Shown here piece by piece: positions 27,959 through 38,906 of a stretch of 64,000 bases of DNA. The first letter of the stretch is position 1. The number at the start of each line of letters is the position of its first letter. The notes under the pieces were generated by a model. That model saw nothing but the letters and a program-made list of their open reading frames with translations, was not told where the DNA came from and made no database searches. The position numbers and the translations under genes are program-made. Source of the stretch: Bacillota bacterium (GTDB lineage Bacteria; Bacillota; DTU025); contig JBMNJT010000002.1 of NCBI GenBank assembly GCA_050951805.1, positions 256,001 through 320,000 of the forward strand, read 5' to 3'.

Positions 27959-29209
27959 ATGCGCCGAGAAGGATATACTCGCATTCGACAGCCTGATGCA
28001 TCAGGTTCACGGCCCGGGCTAGCATCTTTGCGCCACCCACGTCGATTGTCCTTCCAATCCTTGCCGGACATAAGCGTTCACAGGGTTCTGATGGCGGCTA
28101 TTCTGTTCTTCATATGCGGTCTCGTCCTCTCCCTAGGGAGCATAGCGGAGCCGACTCAAACAGGAAACAGCTGGTTTCTACCAACAGGAAGCAGTCCGTC
28201 AGCGCCGGTAGGACCTGTTCTCAGCCTTGATATTGACATAACCAACGATCCAGGGGAGGAGGTGGCCACATCCCATTGGACCTCGCCGGTGGAAGGCTAT
28301 CTGGAACTCCATGGCAAGGCGGGAACAGGAGGCCAGGGCGGCTACAAGCTTCTGGCGCGGGTGGATGCCGGCCCCGTAGTTGGACTTGAGAAGATCGTGT
28401 TGGACTGTGGTTACGAATCGTCTCCGAGTCAAGAGAGCCATAGGACATCCGATTCGAAGCCAGAGCGCGCGTCTGAGTCCGAGCGAACGACTAGTGATTC
28501 CATGTGTGCGACTCTCATCCTTGTCCAGGCCAACTATGACCAGAGTGTGGGCGCAATGAGCAAGACAACGGTATCAACTGCCTATGCCTGGAATGGGCGG
28601 ACGTTGGTGGAAGTGTGGTCGGCGACCACCTTCTCCGAGGCCGTATGGAACTTGTCCTGGGGAGCGGTCGGAAATGTGAAGGCCAACTCCTGGCGATGGG
28701 GCGTGGCAAGGGAGAGGGCGCTTCGCGACTTTACCAGTTCGGGGGGGATTCCTGCCACGGCGGCGAAAGGGTTCGACCTTGGCCCCGGCAATTGGGTTCG
28801 TCTGGCTAGCGCTTCCACTGTGCAGTTTTCGGGTGGCCCGGTCCCCTCGGTTGTTATGGAGTCGCTTCACGAATACCATTCCTACAGTGAGAAAGATGAC
28901 GCGTTCAAGCTCATAAGCTCCCGCAAGGTCACTCAAACATTCTGTTGGAGCGACAGATGGAAAACGTTCGTTCTTGGAGAGGGTACTATCGGAAGGGAAG
29001 GGGCCATTGGCATGGAATACCCCGGCGCCGACGATGGCCTCAGGATTGATCCCGGCACCGACGTTGCAATTTTGGAGTCCGAACGCAAGTGTGTGGAGGG
29101 ACTTGTGTTCGGCCCGCCGTTTCTTCTACGCGTCAAACTCCCTAACGGGAAGCGCTGTTTTGTCAGCGAGGACAGCGTGCTCACATCTGCCGTTGAGTCC
29201 ATGGTATAA
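27959..29209 (+). CDS. Hypothetical membrane-anchored or exported protein
   Basis: 416-aa ORF with a GGGGG RBS, one hydrophobic segment near residue 45 and a Trp-rich, beta-type body; family not recognised. Confidence 0.65.
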   Translation: MRREGYTRIRQPDASGSRPGLASLRHPRRLSFQSLPDISVHRVLMAAILFFICGLVLSLGSIAEPTQTGNSWFLPTGSSPSAPVGPVLSLDIDITNDPGEEVATSHWTSPVEGYLELHGKAGTGGQGGYKLLARVDAGPVVGLEKIVLDCGYESSPSQESHRTSDSKPERASESERTTSDSMCATLILVQANYDQSVGAMSKTTVSTAYAWNGRTLVEVWSATTFSEAVWNLSWGAVGNVKANSWRWGVARERALRDFTSSGGIPATAAKGFDLGPGNWVRLASASTVQFSGGPVPSVVMESLHEYHSYSEKDDAFKLISSRKVTQTFCWSDRWKTFVLGEGTIGREGAIGMEYPGADDGLRIDPGTDVAILESERKCVEGLVFGPPFLLRVKLPNGKRCFVSEDSVLTSAVESMV

Positions 29210-29363
29210 TATAATCCAAGCGAATGGTTGTTTGCCAGTTATGGCTTTAGGGAATCCTGGCCGTACTGGCATAACACCGCTATATTCCCCCCCATGCGTG
29301 TGGGGGATAGGGGATCATTATGGCAACTTGCAAGTTGCAGAAAGAAAATGGGGAGTTGATCTG

Positions 29364-30218
29364 ATGCCTGCAACCATCATAGACGGCAAAGCCGTTGCCG
29401 CATCGATTAGGGAGGATGCCGCTGCGAGGGCTGCTGAATATCGTGAGAAGTTCGGACGCGCTCCGGGGCTTGCAGTCGTGATCGTTGGAGATGACCCAGC
29501 ATCCCGTGTTTATGTGAACAACAAGAAGAAAGCCTGTGCAGGCTGTGACATCTACTCTGAGGAACATGCCTTGCCGGCAACAACTACAGAGGACGAGTTG
29601 CTCGATTTGGTTAGAAGGTTAAATGCTGATCCGAAGATTGACGGGGTGCTAGTGCAGCTTCCTCTTCCAAACCACATTTCCGAGGACAAGGTCATTGAAG
29701 CGATTTCCCCCTCAAAGGATGTCGACGGCTTCCATCCGATCAATGTGGGCAGCCTGATGGTGGGCAAGCCTGCGCTTCGCCCGTGCACTCCTGCGGGGAT
29801 AATGGAGCTTATCCATCGCACCGGCATAGAATTGAAGGGCAAGCGCGCTGTGGTTGTTGGAAGGAGCAACATAGTGGGCAAGCCGGTTTCGATAATGCTC
29901 CTTGCCGAACACGCCACCGTTACGATTTGTCATTCCCGAACTGAGGACTTGCCTTCTGTATGTAGGGAAGCTGATGTTCTGGTGGTGGCAGTAGGACGTC
30001 CGAAGATGGTTAAGGGAGACTGGATCAAACCGGGCGCTGTGGTCATAGATGTCGGAACCAACAGGGTTGGCGGAAAGAAGCTCGTGGGCGATGTCGATTT
30101 TGATGAGGCGGTTGAAGTGGCCGGAGCTATCACTCCTGTGCCGGGCGGTGTGGGCCCGATGACTATAGCGATGCTGATGAAAAACTGTGTGGAGGCCGCG
30201 TTTGCTGCAAGGAGCTGA
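29364..30218 (+). CDS. folD: Bifunctional methylene-THF dehydrogenase / methenyl-THF cyclohydrolase
   Basis: [63 protein letters not shown]. Confidence 0.97.
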   Translation: MPATIIDGKAVAASIREDAAARAAEYREKFGRAPGLAVVIVGDDPASRVYVNNKKKACAGCDIYSEEHALPATTTEDELLDLVRRLNADPKIDGVLVQLPLPNHISEDKVIEAISPSKDVDGFHPINVGSLMVGKPALRPCTPAGIMELIHRTGIELKGKRAVVVGRSNIVGKPVSIMLLAEHATVTICHSRTEDLPSVCREADVLVVAVGRPKMVKGDWIKPGAVVIDVGTNRVGGKKLVGDVDFDEAVEVAGAITPVPGGVGPMTIAMLMKNCVEAAFAARS

Positions 30219-30225
30219 TCAGACG

Positions 30226-31131
30226 GTGTCTTCCGGAGAATACGACGCAATGATCATCGGGGCGGGCCCTGCAGGGCTTTCTGCTGCGGTCAATGCCTGT
30301 GTGCGCAAGAAGTCGGTGGCGGTAATATCGCGAAGGCTCACGAGCCCCAGCCTCGAGAAGGCGCCTTGGATCGAAAACTACCTTGGGGTAGAGCGAATCT
30401 CCGGGCGCGAGCTTTCCGCTCGTTTCGTGAATCATGCGCGCGCTGCCGGGGCCGAGCTGATCGAATCTGACATCACGGGCGTGTTCAACCTCGGTGATTC
30501 CTTTGTGGCTTTAGGTTCTGACGGCGAGTTTAGCGCCAAGGCGGTCGTGATAGCTACAGGCTCAGTCCAGGAGGCATCTATTCCTGGGGAATCGGAGCTT
30601 TTAGGAATGGGCGTGAGCTACTGCGCAACATGCGATGGACCCCTTTATCGTGGGAAGAAGGTCGTTGTTCTTGGCTATACTGAGCATGCTATAGAGGAAG
30701 CCAACTTTCTTGCCCAGATCTGCTCTGAGGTTACATATGTGATGGCGCGCAGCGTGGAACCTGGAGACGGGCCGGCTATTGCCGAAGGCATTCGCGTTGT
30801 GAGGAAGAGAGTGCTCGGCATCCGCGGCGAGGACAAGGTGGAAGAAGTCGAGCTAGACGGCGAGGCTATTCCTGCAGACGGTGTTTTTGTGATCAGGGAT
30901 TCGATTCCAGTGGAAAGGCTCTTGGAAGGCGTCCGCGTCGCTGATGGCGCGATAGTGGTTGACCGCGACATGGCTACGAATGTGCCTGGGGTGTATGCGG
31001 CAGGCGATTGTACGGGTAGGCCTTACCAGATTGCGAAGGCTGTGGGAGAGGGTCTTGTAGCAGGGCTTTCCGCTGCGAGACATGTTGATCGGATGGCGGC
31101 CAAGCATCTCCCGAAAAGTCTGCTGCTCTAA
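30226..31131 (+). CDS. Thioredoxin reductase-like FAD-dependent oxidoreductase
   Basis: IIGAGPAGLSAA, GVSYCATCDG redox CxxC, GVYAAGD; AAGGAG RBS before GTG30226. Confidence 0.88.
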   Translation: MSSGEYDAMIIGAGPAGLSAAVNACVRKKSVAVISRRLTSPSLEKAPWIENYLGVERISGRELSARFVNHARAAGAELIESDITGVFNLGDSFVALGSDGEFSAKAVVIATGSVQEASIPGESELLGMGVSYCATCDGPLYRGKKVVVLGYTEHAIEEANFLAQICSEVTYVMARSVEPGDGPAIAEGIRVVRKRVLGIRGEDKVEEVELDGEAIPADGVFVIRDSIPVERLLEGVRVADGAIVVDRDMATNVPGVYAAGDCTGRPYQIAKAVGEGLVAGLSAARHVDRMAAKHLPKSLLL

Positions 31132-31636
31132 CGAAGGCCGGGCAACCATGGCTCAAAAGGGACGCCGAGACATCCCTTATGACTTGGTCAAAAGCTTATT
31201 CTGATGCCTGCAGCACAGCCACTGGCGGTCGGGCGCAAAGCAACAAGATCGGAGGTTCTATCTCCCATTACCGCCAAAACCCACAAACCCGACAGACTCA
31301 AAGGTGCACGCGTCATGCGAAGCATAGCGCAGCCTCGACGTAAGCGAACTTACTCAGATCTACGATAGCTATATGGGTCATCTCGCCAAAATTCAAAGGC
31401 AGAGTGAAAGCTGCGACTGAGAGTGCGTCGAGGATAAAGCTTGCGGTCCTCGGCTTCGTTTTTCGTGTGAGTTTGAGCTCGTGTGAAGCTAACCCCATAG
31501 TCTACAGACGAACATATCCGCATCTGGGGTCTGGGAAGTCGGGGAATGGCTATTTGACGCTTACAGTTATAGAGGCAGACTCGTCAACTATGCGACGAAT
31601 TGGTGAACGGCTCATCAGGCGTGGGTCGATTACCAC

Positions 31637-31916
31637 TGACCCTACGATTTTCTCGTAGTGTTTTTTCTTATGCTACGAAAAAATCGTAGGGTCAAAATGT
31701 AAGTTAACATAATGTGAGAGCACCTTGGTTGACCTGGGCGAATATGGAATACTCTGTATCTTATTGGACTAAGATGGAAACTACCCAACCCCGAAACGGG
31801 GTCAATTCGACCTCGGCATGCCCCGATATACATTACTTTCCACACATTACCTATAACTGTAATCGTATCCACGAAATATTCGTAGCGTAGCAAAAAACAC
31901 TACGAACCATTCGCTG
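31637..31916. repeat. Two inverted pairs of 17-bp palindromes, CTACGA-N5-TCGTAG
   Basis: Sites at 31642, 31673, 31869 and 31900 (31-bp spacing within each pair). The left pair also forms a 22-bp inverted repeat with one mismatch (31637-31694). Confidence 0.85.
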
Positions 31917-32317
31917 TATTACATTAATTGTCATGCGCAACCATGCTTCACCCACCATACACCCCTCTGCTATACACCCCTGCTGATGTCCATAGCCCAC
32001 CCACCGACATGTCAGCTAACCTTGCCCGAGCCGCACAGCCAACCACGTGACTCCAGAAAACCTCGCATCCACGACCTATAAGAAGTCTATCTATTATCCT
32101 CTCCAAATCCAATCTCCCGACGCATCCTCTCGGGCATCTCCTCGATCATGAAACACGCCGCCCATATGCCTACCAGTCATGTATGGGCTCACGCTTGGAG
32201 GTTTTCGCTATCTCGCAGTTGCGCTCCTTCACCATCATTTCGGCCACAGGCCACACATTCGCCTTCACCTTCGGCTGCAGACCACAGTCGCTGGCCCGAA
32301 AACAAGCGCCACATCGA

Positions 32318-32458
32318 CTCTGACCGTGCACTACATTGGGCAGAAAGTATGGGCAAGAACACTCTGGGAGGGCAGAAAGTATGGGCAAGAACACTCTGGG
32401 AGCATGATTTCGCTGTTCGCTATCGATCAGCCATTCCTCTCTGACCGTGCACTACATT
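32318..32458. repeat. 20-bp direct repeats enclosing a perfect 32-bp tandem duplication
   Basis: CTCTGACCGTGCACTACATT at 32318 and 32439; GGGCAGAAAGTATGGGCAAGAACACTCTGGGA at 32338 and 32370. Confidence 0.9.
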
Positions 32459-32781
32459 TGGTTCAGTTCGTCCCCGAGCATTCTCAAGATATACGCGAGG
32501 AATCTTTGTGCCTCTCGAGCTCGCGTAATCTGTCAAAACAGATCCTCGAGCCAGTTATCACTCACGGCATCTGCCAGATCATTGTGGATTGCCGTTAGGG
32601 CCTTCAGTTGTCCGTCGCTCACCTTCCATTGGGTCACGGTGACGACATCCGCTGCCACCTGAAACGTGAAGCGGGAGTCTCTGTCTGACGTAAGATAATC
32701 ATCCACCTAGCTAGATGAAAATGAGCTTTCCCAAGGTGGAGAGGGGATGTCAGCCTACAGAAGGCTGCTTGCAGTGCACCG

Positions 32782-32833
32782 AAAAAGCCTGGTATCCGTC
32801 GGGTATCTACACCGATTCGGAAACCAGGCTTTT
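32782..32833. terminator. Bidirectional terminator downstream of the gcv operon
   Basis: AAAAAGCCTGGT...ACCAGGCTTTT long hairpin. Confidence 0.8.
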
Positions 32834-32940
32834 GCTTCCTCATGTCCATGCAACGCTTCGGGTTTCATGGCCGACTACAGCCTATACTTATCACCCGCAA
32901 TTCACAAGCCCTGCATGGTGGGACAGTGCTGTTAGTTTTG

Positions 32941-34410
32941 CTACTCTTCCTCCGCCGTATACCTGAGGATCGGCTTTCTTGCCGCGGTCGTCTCGTCGAG
33001 CCTTCCGACCGGTGTATCATGCGGCGCTTCGCGGACGACGTCGGGATCATCCTTCGCTTCTTTGGCGATCCTGATCATCGCGTCGATGAAGGAGTCAAGC
33101 GTCTCCTTGCTCTCAGTTTCGGTGGGTTCTATCATTAGCGCCTCATCTACAATCAACGGGAAGTAGACTGTGGGCGCGTGGAACCCGAAGTCCAGCAGGC
33201 GCTTGGCGATATCCAAGGTCTTCACGTCAGCCGATTTCTTCTGGCGCGATCCTGACAGCACGCACTCGTGCATGCACGCGCGATCATACGGAAGATCGTA
33301 ATACGGTTGAAGCTTCCGCATGATGTAGTTGGCGTTGAGCACTGCGTACTCGCTCGCTGCACGCAGGCCGTCAGGCCCCATCGACCGAATGTAGGCCCAT
33401 GTTTTCACCATGACGCCGAAGTTGCCGTTGAATGAATGGACTCGGCCGATCGACTGTGGTCTGTCGCTATCCCAGAAGAACTTGCCCGTTGCCTCATTGA
33501 ACCTTACTACCGGTGCGGGCAGGAATGGGCTGAGGAACTTCTTGACGCCCACAGGCCCTGATCCCGGTCCGCCTCCGCCGTGCGGCGTGGAGAAGGTCTT
33601 GTGGAGGTTGAGGTGGATAACGTCGAATCCTATGTCGCCCGGGCGGGATTTGCCCATGATGGCGTTGGCGTTGGCACCGTCGTAATAGAGCAATGCGCCT
33701 GCGCCGTGTACTATCTCGGCGATCTCTCCGATGTGCTCGTCAAAGAGGCCTAAGGTATTTGGGTTGGTCAACATCAATGCTGCAACATCGGGGCCGGCCT
33801 TGGCCTTGAGATCCTCTATATCCACGTTGCCCCTGTCGTCCGATTTGACCTGGACGATCTTCATGCCGGCGCTTGCCGCGCTCGCAGGGTTGGTGCCGTG
33901 GGCGGAGTCGGGAACCAAGACCTTTGTCCGCTTGTCATTACGCGACTCGTGATAGGCGTTGATGATGAAGAGCCCGGTGATCTCGCCGTGCGCACCGGCT
34001 GCCGGCTGCAGGGTGAAATTGTCCATCCCGCATATCTCGCACAGGTATTCTTCGAGGGTGTACAAGAGCTCCATAGCTCCCTGAACCGTCGATTCATCCT
34101 GATCGGGATGGATTGCTGCAAAGCCTGGCCTTCGCGCGGCGTCCTCGTTCACTTTGGGGTTATACTTCATCGTACACGAACCGAGTGGATAGAAACCTGT
34201 ATCCACCGCGTGGTTGAGCTGCGAGAGATTGACAAAGTGTCTCACAACGTCAACTTCGCTCACCTCCGGAAGGGCCGGAGGATCCTTGCGAAGGTATTCT
34301 TCCGGGAAGAGTTCAGCAAGTTCACGGGCCGGAACTGCCGGCTCCGGAAGGCTGACCGCGGTCCGCCCGGGTATGCTCAATTCGAATATTAGCGGCTGCG
34401 GGCCTTTCAT
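32941..34410 (-). CDS. gcvPB: Glycine decarboxylase (P protein) subunit 2
   Basis: [59 protein letters not shown]. Confidence 0.97.
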   Translation of the reverse strand: MKGPQPLIFELSIPGRTAVSLPEPAVPARELAELFPEEYLRKDPPALPEVSEVDVVRHFVNLSQLNHAVDTGFYPLGSCTMKYNPKVNEDAARRPGFAAIHPDQDESTVQGAMELLYTLEEYLCEICGMDNFTLQPAAGAHGEITGLFIINAYHESRNDKRTKVLVPDSAHGTNPASAASAGMKIVQVKSDDRGNVDIEDLKAKAGPDVAALMLTNPNTLGLFDEHIGEIAEIVHGAGALLYYDGANANAIMGKSRPGDIGFDVIHLNLHKTFSTPHGGGGPGSGPVGVKKFLSPFLPAPVVRFNEATGKFFWDSDRPQSIGRVHSFNGNFGVMVKTWAYIRSMGPDGLRAASEYAVLNANYIMRKLQPYYDLPYDRACMHECVLSGSRQKKSADVKTLDIAKRLLDFGFHAPTVYFPLIVDEALMIEPTETESKETLDSFIDAMIRIAKEAKDDPDVVREAPHDTPVGRLDETTAARKPILRYTAEEE

Positions 34411-35765
34411 GCTAGCACCTCCAGTTCCCGGATTAAGGTGTCGAGCTCTTGGCGGGTTCGGGTTTCCGTTGCTGCCCAGAGCGTGCACCCTGAAAGCTCG
34501 GGATAATCTGCCTCGATCATCTTGCCGCCGATGATTCCTCTTTCCAGCAGTCTGCGGTTACGCTCTGCCGGTGGCCTTCTGCCCCGAACTGCGAATTCGT
34601 TAAAGAAAGGACCGTCGAACGGGAATTCGTATTCAGGGATTTTGGCTATCTTGTCGTGGAGGTAGTGGGCGTTCCAAGTGCACAGCTCCGCGACTTTTCG
34701 AAGCCCGGACGGGCCCATGAGGCTCAGATATATCGTAGCTGCAAGGGCGCATAAGGCTTCATTTGAGCAGATGTTGCTCGTTGCGCTTTCGCGCCTTATG
34801 TGCTGTTCGCGTGCTTGCAGTGTTAGGACATAACCGCGACGTCCTTGATCGTCATGAGTCTGGCCCACAAGGCGTCCCGGCATCTTCCGCATCAGCTTCG
34901 AGGTGGTTGCGAAGAATCCAAGCAGCGGTCCGCCGAAACTGATGGGATTTCCCAGTGGCTGCCCTTCTCCTAGGGCTATATCGGCGCCGTAGCTTCCGGG
35001 CGGGGCCAGGATTCCTAAGGATATCGGGTTTACAACCGCCACAAACAGAGCCCGTGACCGGTGCGTAGCTTCGGATAGGGCGGCCATGTCCTCTACTATT
35101 CCAAAGTAATTTGGAGACTGGACGATGAAGCAGGCTGCATCGTCCAGAAGGTCCTTTGGAACGCTTTCTGGAGGCGTAGCGCCGCTTTGGGTGTCGTAAT
35201 CAACGGTCACAATCTCGATGCCGCGGGGGTGCGCATATGTGCGCAGAACCTGGCGGTATCTGGGGTTTATGGCCCTGCTTACTACGACCTTGTTGCGGCG
35301 GGTGGCTCCGCACGACATCACAGCAGCTTCTGCCACGGCTGTTCCGGCATCATACAGCGATGCGTTGGCTACGTCCATCTCGGTCAACTCGCAGATCATC
35401 GTCTGGTACTCGAAGATCGCCTGGAGCGTACCCTGGCTCACTTCTGCCTGATACGGGGTGTAAGCCGTGTAGAACTCCCCACGGGTGAGCATGTGCCGGA
35501 CTACACTGGGCACGAAGTGCTCATACAGGCCGCCGCCGAGGTATGAAGTGTATTGCATGGAATGGGCACACTTGGCAGCGACCCTGTTCAGCTCTGCCGA
35601 AAGCTCGGGCTCGGAAAGAGCTTTTGGCAGGCTCAAAGGCTCTGTTAGCCTGAATTCAGGCGGAATAACCGAAAACAAGTCGTCTATGCTGGAAACTCCG
35701 ATATCGGCCAGCATATCGGCGACATTTTGGTCGGTATTTGGAATGTACCTGTGCGGCGAGCCCAT
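34407..35765 (-). CDS. gcvPA: Glycine decarboxylase (P protein) subunit 1
   Basis: [53 protein letters not shown]. Confidence 0.97.
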   Translation of the reverse strand: MGSPHRYIPNTDQNVADMLADIGVSSIDDLFSVIPPEFRLTEPLSLPKALSEPELSAELNRVAAKCAHSMQYTSYLGGGLYEHFVPSVVRHMLTRGEFYTAYTPYQAEVSQGTLQAIFEYQTMICELTEMDVANASLYDAGTAVAEAAVMSCGATRRNKVVVSRAINPRYRQVLRTYAHPRGIEIVTVDYDTQSGATPPESVPKDLLDDAACFIVQSPNYFGIVEDMAALSEATHRSRALFVAVVNPISLGILAPPGSYGADIALGEGQPLGNPISFGGPLLGFFATTSKLMRKMPGRLVGQTHDDQGRRGYVLTLQAREQHIRRESATSNICSNEALCALAATIYLSLMGPSGLRKVAELCTWNAHYLHDKIAKIPEYEFPFDGPFFNEFAVRGRRPPAERNRRLLERGIIGGKMIEADYPELSGCTLWAATETRTRQELDTLIRELEVLA

Positions 35766-36148
35766 CACTGCTCCTCCTCTTTTAGGTACTCCTCATACTC
35801 TTCTTCATCCATTAGGTCGTCTAGCTCAGTCACATCGTCTACGTCGATGCGCACTATCCAGCCGTTGCCCATCGGATCTTCATTCACGAGACCGGGTTCA
35901 TCTTCAAGCGCGTCATTTACCTCGGTGACTGTTCCGCCGATAGGGGCGAATATGTCTGCTGCTGCCTTGACCGACTCAGCAACTGCCAGATTATCGCCCT
36001 GGGCGAATGTGTCTCCGACTGCGGGCAATTCGACGTATATCACGTCTCCAAGCTCCTCCGCTGCGTGTTCAGTTATACCGATTGTAGCGATGTTGCCTTC
36101 AAGTTCTACCCACTCATGGTCGCTGGTGAATCTCATTTTGCTGCTCAT
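35765..36148 (-). CDS. gcvH: Glycine cleavage system H protein
   Basis: DHEWV, GITEHA..ELGDVIYVELP, ESVKAA lipoyl-Lys motif. Confidence 0.96.
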   Translation of the reverse strand: MSSKMRFTSDHEWVELEGNIATIGITEHAAEELGDVIYVELPAVGDTFAQGDNLAVAESVKAAADIFAPIGGTVTEVNDALEDEPGLVNEDPMGNGWIVRIDVDDVTELDDLMDEEEYEEYLKEEEQ

Positions 36149-36155
36149 ATCCCCC

Positions 36156-37265
36156 TTACTCCTTCCTGTAAGACTTCTGATAAAATGGCGTCTTTACCAC
36201 TTTTACCGGGCACGCTTTCCCTCTTATGTCTATGTCGAGTTCAGTGCCGATTTCGGTGAACTCCATAGCCACCAGAGCTAGTGCAAGCCCTTTGTTCATA
36301 GTCGGCGAAAATGCGCCTGACGTCAAGTACCCGACCTGTTTGCCGTCTGACATAACTGCGTAGCCTTCGCGCGGCACTCCGCGACCCATGAGCTCCAGAC
36401 CAACAATCTTCCGCGTCAACCCTTTTTCCTTCTGAGCGGCCAGGGCGTCTTTTCCGATGAAGTCGGGTTTCTTCAGTTTAACGAAGAAGCCTAGGCCCGC
36501 TTCGAGCGGGGTGATTTCGGGTGATAGCTCATGGCCGTAAAGGGGAAGAGCCACTTCGAACCTGAGGGTGTCTCGTGCGCCGAGGCCGGCGGGGACAATG
36601 CCCTCATCCTTGCCTTCTGCCAAAAGGGTGTCCCAAATGTGGCGGGCATCCTCAGGCCGACAGTAGATCTCGAATCCATCCTCTCCTGTATATCCTGTCC
36701 TTGATACGAGGGCCTTGCGTCCGGCGATCTCCACGTCGGGCAGGCACCAGAAGAACTTGATGGATGAAAGATCGCAAGGCGTTGTCTTCTGTAGTATTCT
36801 CTGGGCAGCGGGGCCCTGGATTGCTATCTGGGCTACTTGCGGGGATATGTTTTCCACCGTAACATCATAACCCGAGACGTTTCTTTTCACCCAATCGAAG
36901 TCCTTGTCAGTATTTGCGGCGTTTACAACGAGCCAATAATCGTCCTCGCAAAGCTTGTAGACCAAAATGTCATCCACTACCCCGCCATCCGGATAGCACA
37001 TAGGGCTGTAGACGAGCTGATGGATTTTGGCTTTGGAACAATCATTGGTGACCAGGTGGTCGATTGCGGCCTGAGCCTGGGGGCCCTTTATGTGTATCTC
37101 GCCCATGTGCGACACATCGAAAAGCCCGGCTCGTTCGCGCACTGCCCGGTGTTCATCCAAGATGCCACTGTACTGAACGGGCAGCGCCCAACCGCCGAAA
37201 TCAATTATCTTTCCGCCCAGCGATTCGTGGGCCTCGAATAGTGGGGTCTTGCGCAGTTCTGACAT
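36156..37265 (-). CDS. gcvT: Glycine cleavage system aminomethyltransferase (T protein)
   Basis: LRKTPL, FGGWALPVQY, GLFDVSHMG, SRTGYTGEDGFE, GLGARDTLRFE; GGAGG RBS before ATG37265. Confidence 0.97.
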   Translation of the reverse strand: MSELRKTPLFEAHESLGGKIIDFGGWALPVQYSGILDEHRAVRERAGLFDVSHMGEIHIKGPQAQAAIDHLVTNDCSKAKIHQLVYSPMCYPDGGVVDDILVYKLCEDDYWLVVNAANTDKDFDWVKRNVSGYDVTVENISPQVAQIAIQGPAAQRILQKTTPCDLSSIKFFWCLPDVEIAGRKALVSRTGYTGEDGFEIYCRPEDARHIWDTLLAEGKDEGIVPAGLGARDTLRFEVALPLYGHELSPEITPLEAGLGFFVKLKKPDFIGKDALAAQKEKGLTRKIVGLELMGRGVPREGYAVMSDGKQVGYLTSGAFSPTMNKGLALALVAMEFTEIGTELDIDIRGKACPVKVVKTPFYQKSYRKE

Positions 37266-37532
37266 TACTCCACCTCCTGCCAGATAAGTATTATGCGCCA
37301 ATTGAAGGAATGCTTGCGCCCAGCTGACGGCTATCCCAATGGCGCTGGCATATTCATGCTTGGTATTCATCACTTGCGGGCAAACTCCTTCTAGTCGAGT
37401 CGTCGGGCTGAGTCCGTTCGGACGCGCACTGGCCCGGCGGCAGGAACAGCTGCTCGGAAAAGCGAACTATACTCGGACTGCTGCTGTATTTTTCCCAATG
37501 GCGGCAGCCATGATTTAGGGAGGATTAATGGA

Positions 37533-38906
37533 ATGTACGATGTTGTGATAATTGGGGGCGGCCCCGGAGGATATGTCTGCGCAATCAGAGCGGCGCAGAA
37601 CGGCCTTTCTGTTGCTCTTGTCGAAAAAGACAAGCTCGGAGGGACTTGCCTCAACCGAGGCTGCATTCCAACTAAAGCCTTGGCCCATACGGCCGAAGTA
37701 ATGGATTCGGCACAGCGCGCGTCAGAATTGGGTCTGGTCATTCCTGAAGTGGGCGTCGACTTTCCGCGAGTTATGGCCAAAAAGGAAAAGGTCGTCGCCA
37801 AATTGCGCGGCGGGGTCAATCTCCTTATCAAGAGGCGCAAGGTGGATTTCGTGAGCGGCGTGGGGACGCTGGCTGGAACGCGAGCGGTTGAGGTTGCGGC
37901 TCCCGACGGTTCAGTATCGCGGCTTGAAGCGAGGAATATCGTTATCGCGACCGGATCAGAACCTATTACGCCCCGCATTTTCGGGTATGACGGCGTCAAC
38001 GTGCTTACTAGTGAGGATGTCCTCAAGCTTTCGGCTCTTCCGAAGAGTCTCCTTATTATAGGGGCGGGAGTCATAGGATGCGAATTTGCGAGCATCTTCC
38101 GGACTTTCGGGTGCGATGTGACTTTAGTCGATATCATGCCAAACATACTTCCCATGGTCGACGATGATGTTGCCGATGTGGTTCGCAAATCCTTCAAGAA
38201 GCGTGGCATCGATATACATACCGGTACGAAGATAGCCTCTGTCAATATCGTGAACGGGCAGGTTGAAGCGACCACTGAAGACGGAAGCGTTTTCCGGGCT
38301 GAAAAGGCTATTCTGTCGATTGGCAGGCGTCCGTCTACAGGCGGGGTGGGTGCTCCTGATGTCGGGATCGACGTGGGACCTGCTGGAGAGATCATAGTCG
38401 ACTCCAAGATGAGGACGAACGTGCCGGGCGTATGGGCCATTGGGGATGTCTCAAACAAAGCTCAGCTGGCACATGTGGCGTCTGCTCAGGGATTGGTGGT
38501 TGCTGCGAATATCGCCGGGGAGAAGTGCAATATGGAATACTTCGCGGTCCCCAATTGCATCTTTACGTCGCCGGAGGTTGCGGCTGTCGGAGTGTCGGAG
38601 CGGGGGGCGCAGGAAGCATGTATTGACTATAAAGTAGGCAAATTCCCGTTTGTCGCATCTGGCAAGGCAATGGCCATGGGCGAGACTGATGGTTTTGTCA
38701 AAGTCATCTCAGATGGGTCTGGCCGAGTCATTGGCGGACAGATTGTGGGGCCCCATGCATCTGACCTCATTGCCGAGCTGGCGCTTGCAGTCTCAAGACA
38801 GCTGACATTAGAGGATATTGCCAGCACCATACATGCTCATCCAACGTTGGCTGAGGCGGTCTGCGAGGCAGCCGAGGCGGCAATGGGACGGGCAATTCAT
38901 ATCTGA
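37533..38906 (+). CDS. lpdA: Dihydrolipoyl dehydrogenase (L protein)
   Basis: GGGPGGY, GGTCLNRGCIPTK, HAHPTLAE; divergent from gcvT. Confidence 0.95.
   Translation: MYDVVIIGGGPGGYVCAIRAAQNGLSVALVEKDKLGGTCLNRGCIPTKALAHTAEVMDSAQRASELGLVIPEVGVDFPRVMAKKEKVVAKLRGGVNLLIKRRKVDFVSGVGTLAGTRAVEVAAPDGSVSRLEARNIVIATGSEPITPRIFGYDGVNVLTSEDVLKLSALPKSLLIIGAGVIGCEFASIFRTFGCDVTLVDIMPNILPMVDDDVADVVRKSFKKRGIDIHTGTKIASVNIVNGQVEATTEDGSVFRAEKAILSIGRRPSTGGVGAPDVGIDVGPAGEIIVDSKMRTNVPGVWAIGDVSNKAQLAHVASAQGLVVAANIAGEKCNMEYFAVPNCIFTSPEVAAVGVSERGAQEACIDYKVGKFPFVASGKAMAMGETDGFVKVISDGSGRVIGGQIVGPHASDLIAELALAVSRQLTLEDIASTIHAHPTLAEAVCEAAEAAMGRAIHI

Noticed and set aside
29210-29363. THF or ZTP riboswitch upstream of folD
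   Set aside because: A hairpin is present (TATTCCCCC...GGGGGATA) but I could not match the conserved aptamer motifs.
32318-32458. Possible mini CRISPR array
   Set aside because: The 32-bp units are directly adjacent with no spacer, the 20-bp repeats occur only twice 121 bp apart, and there are no cas genes.
37266-37532. Expected glycine riboswitch upstream of gcvT
   Set aside because: No GGAGA...CCGAAG...CTCTCAGG aptamer pattern seen on the minus strand.
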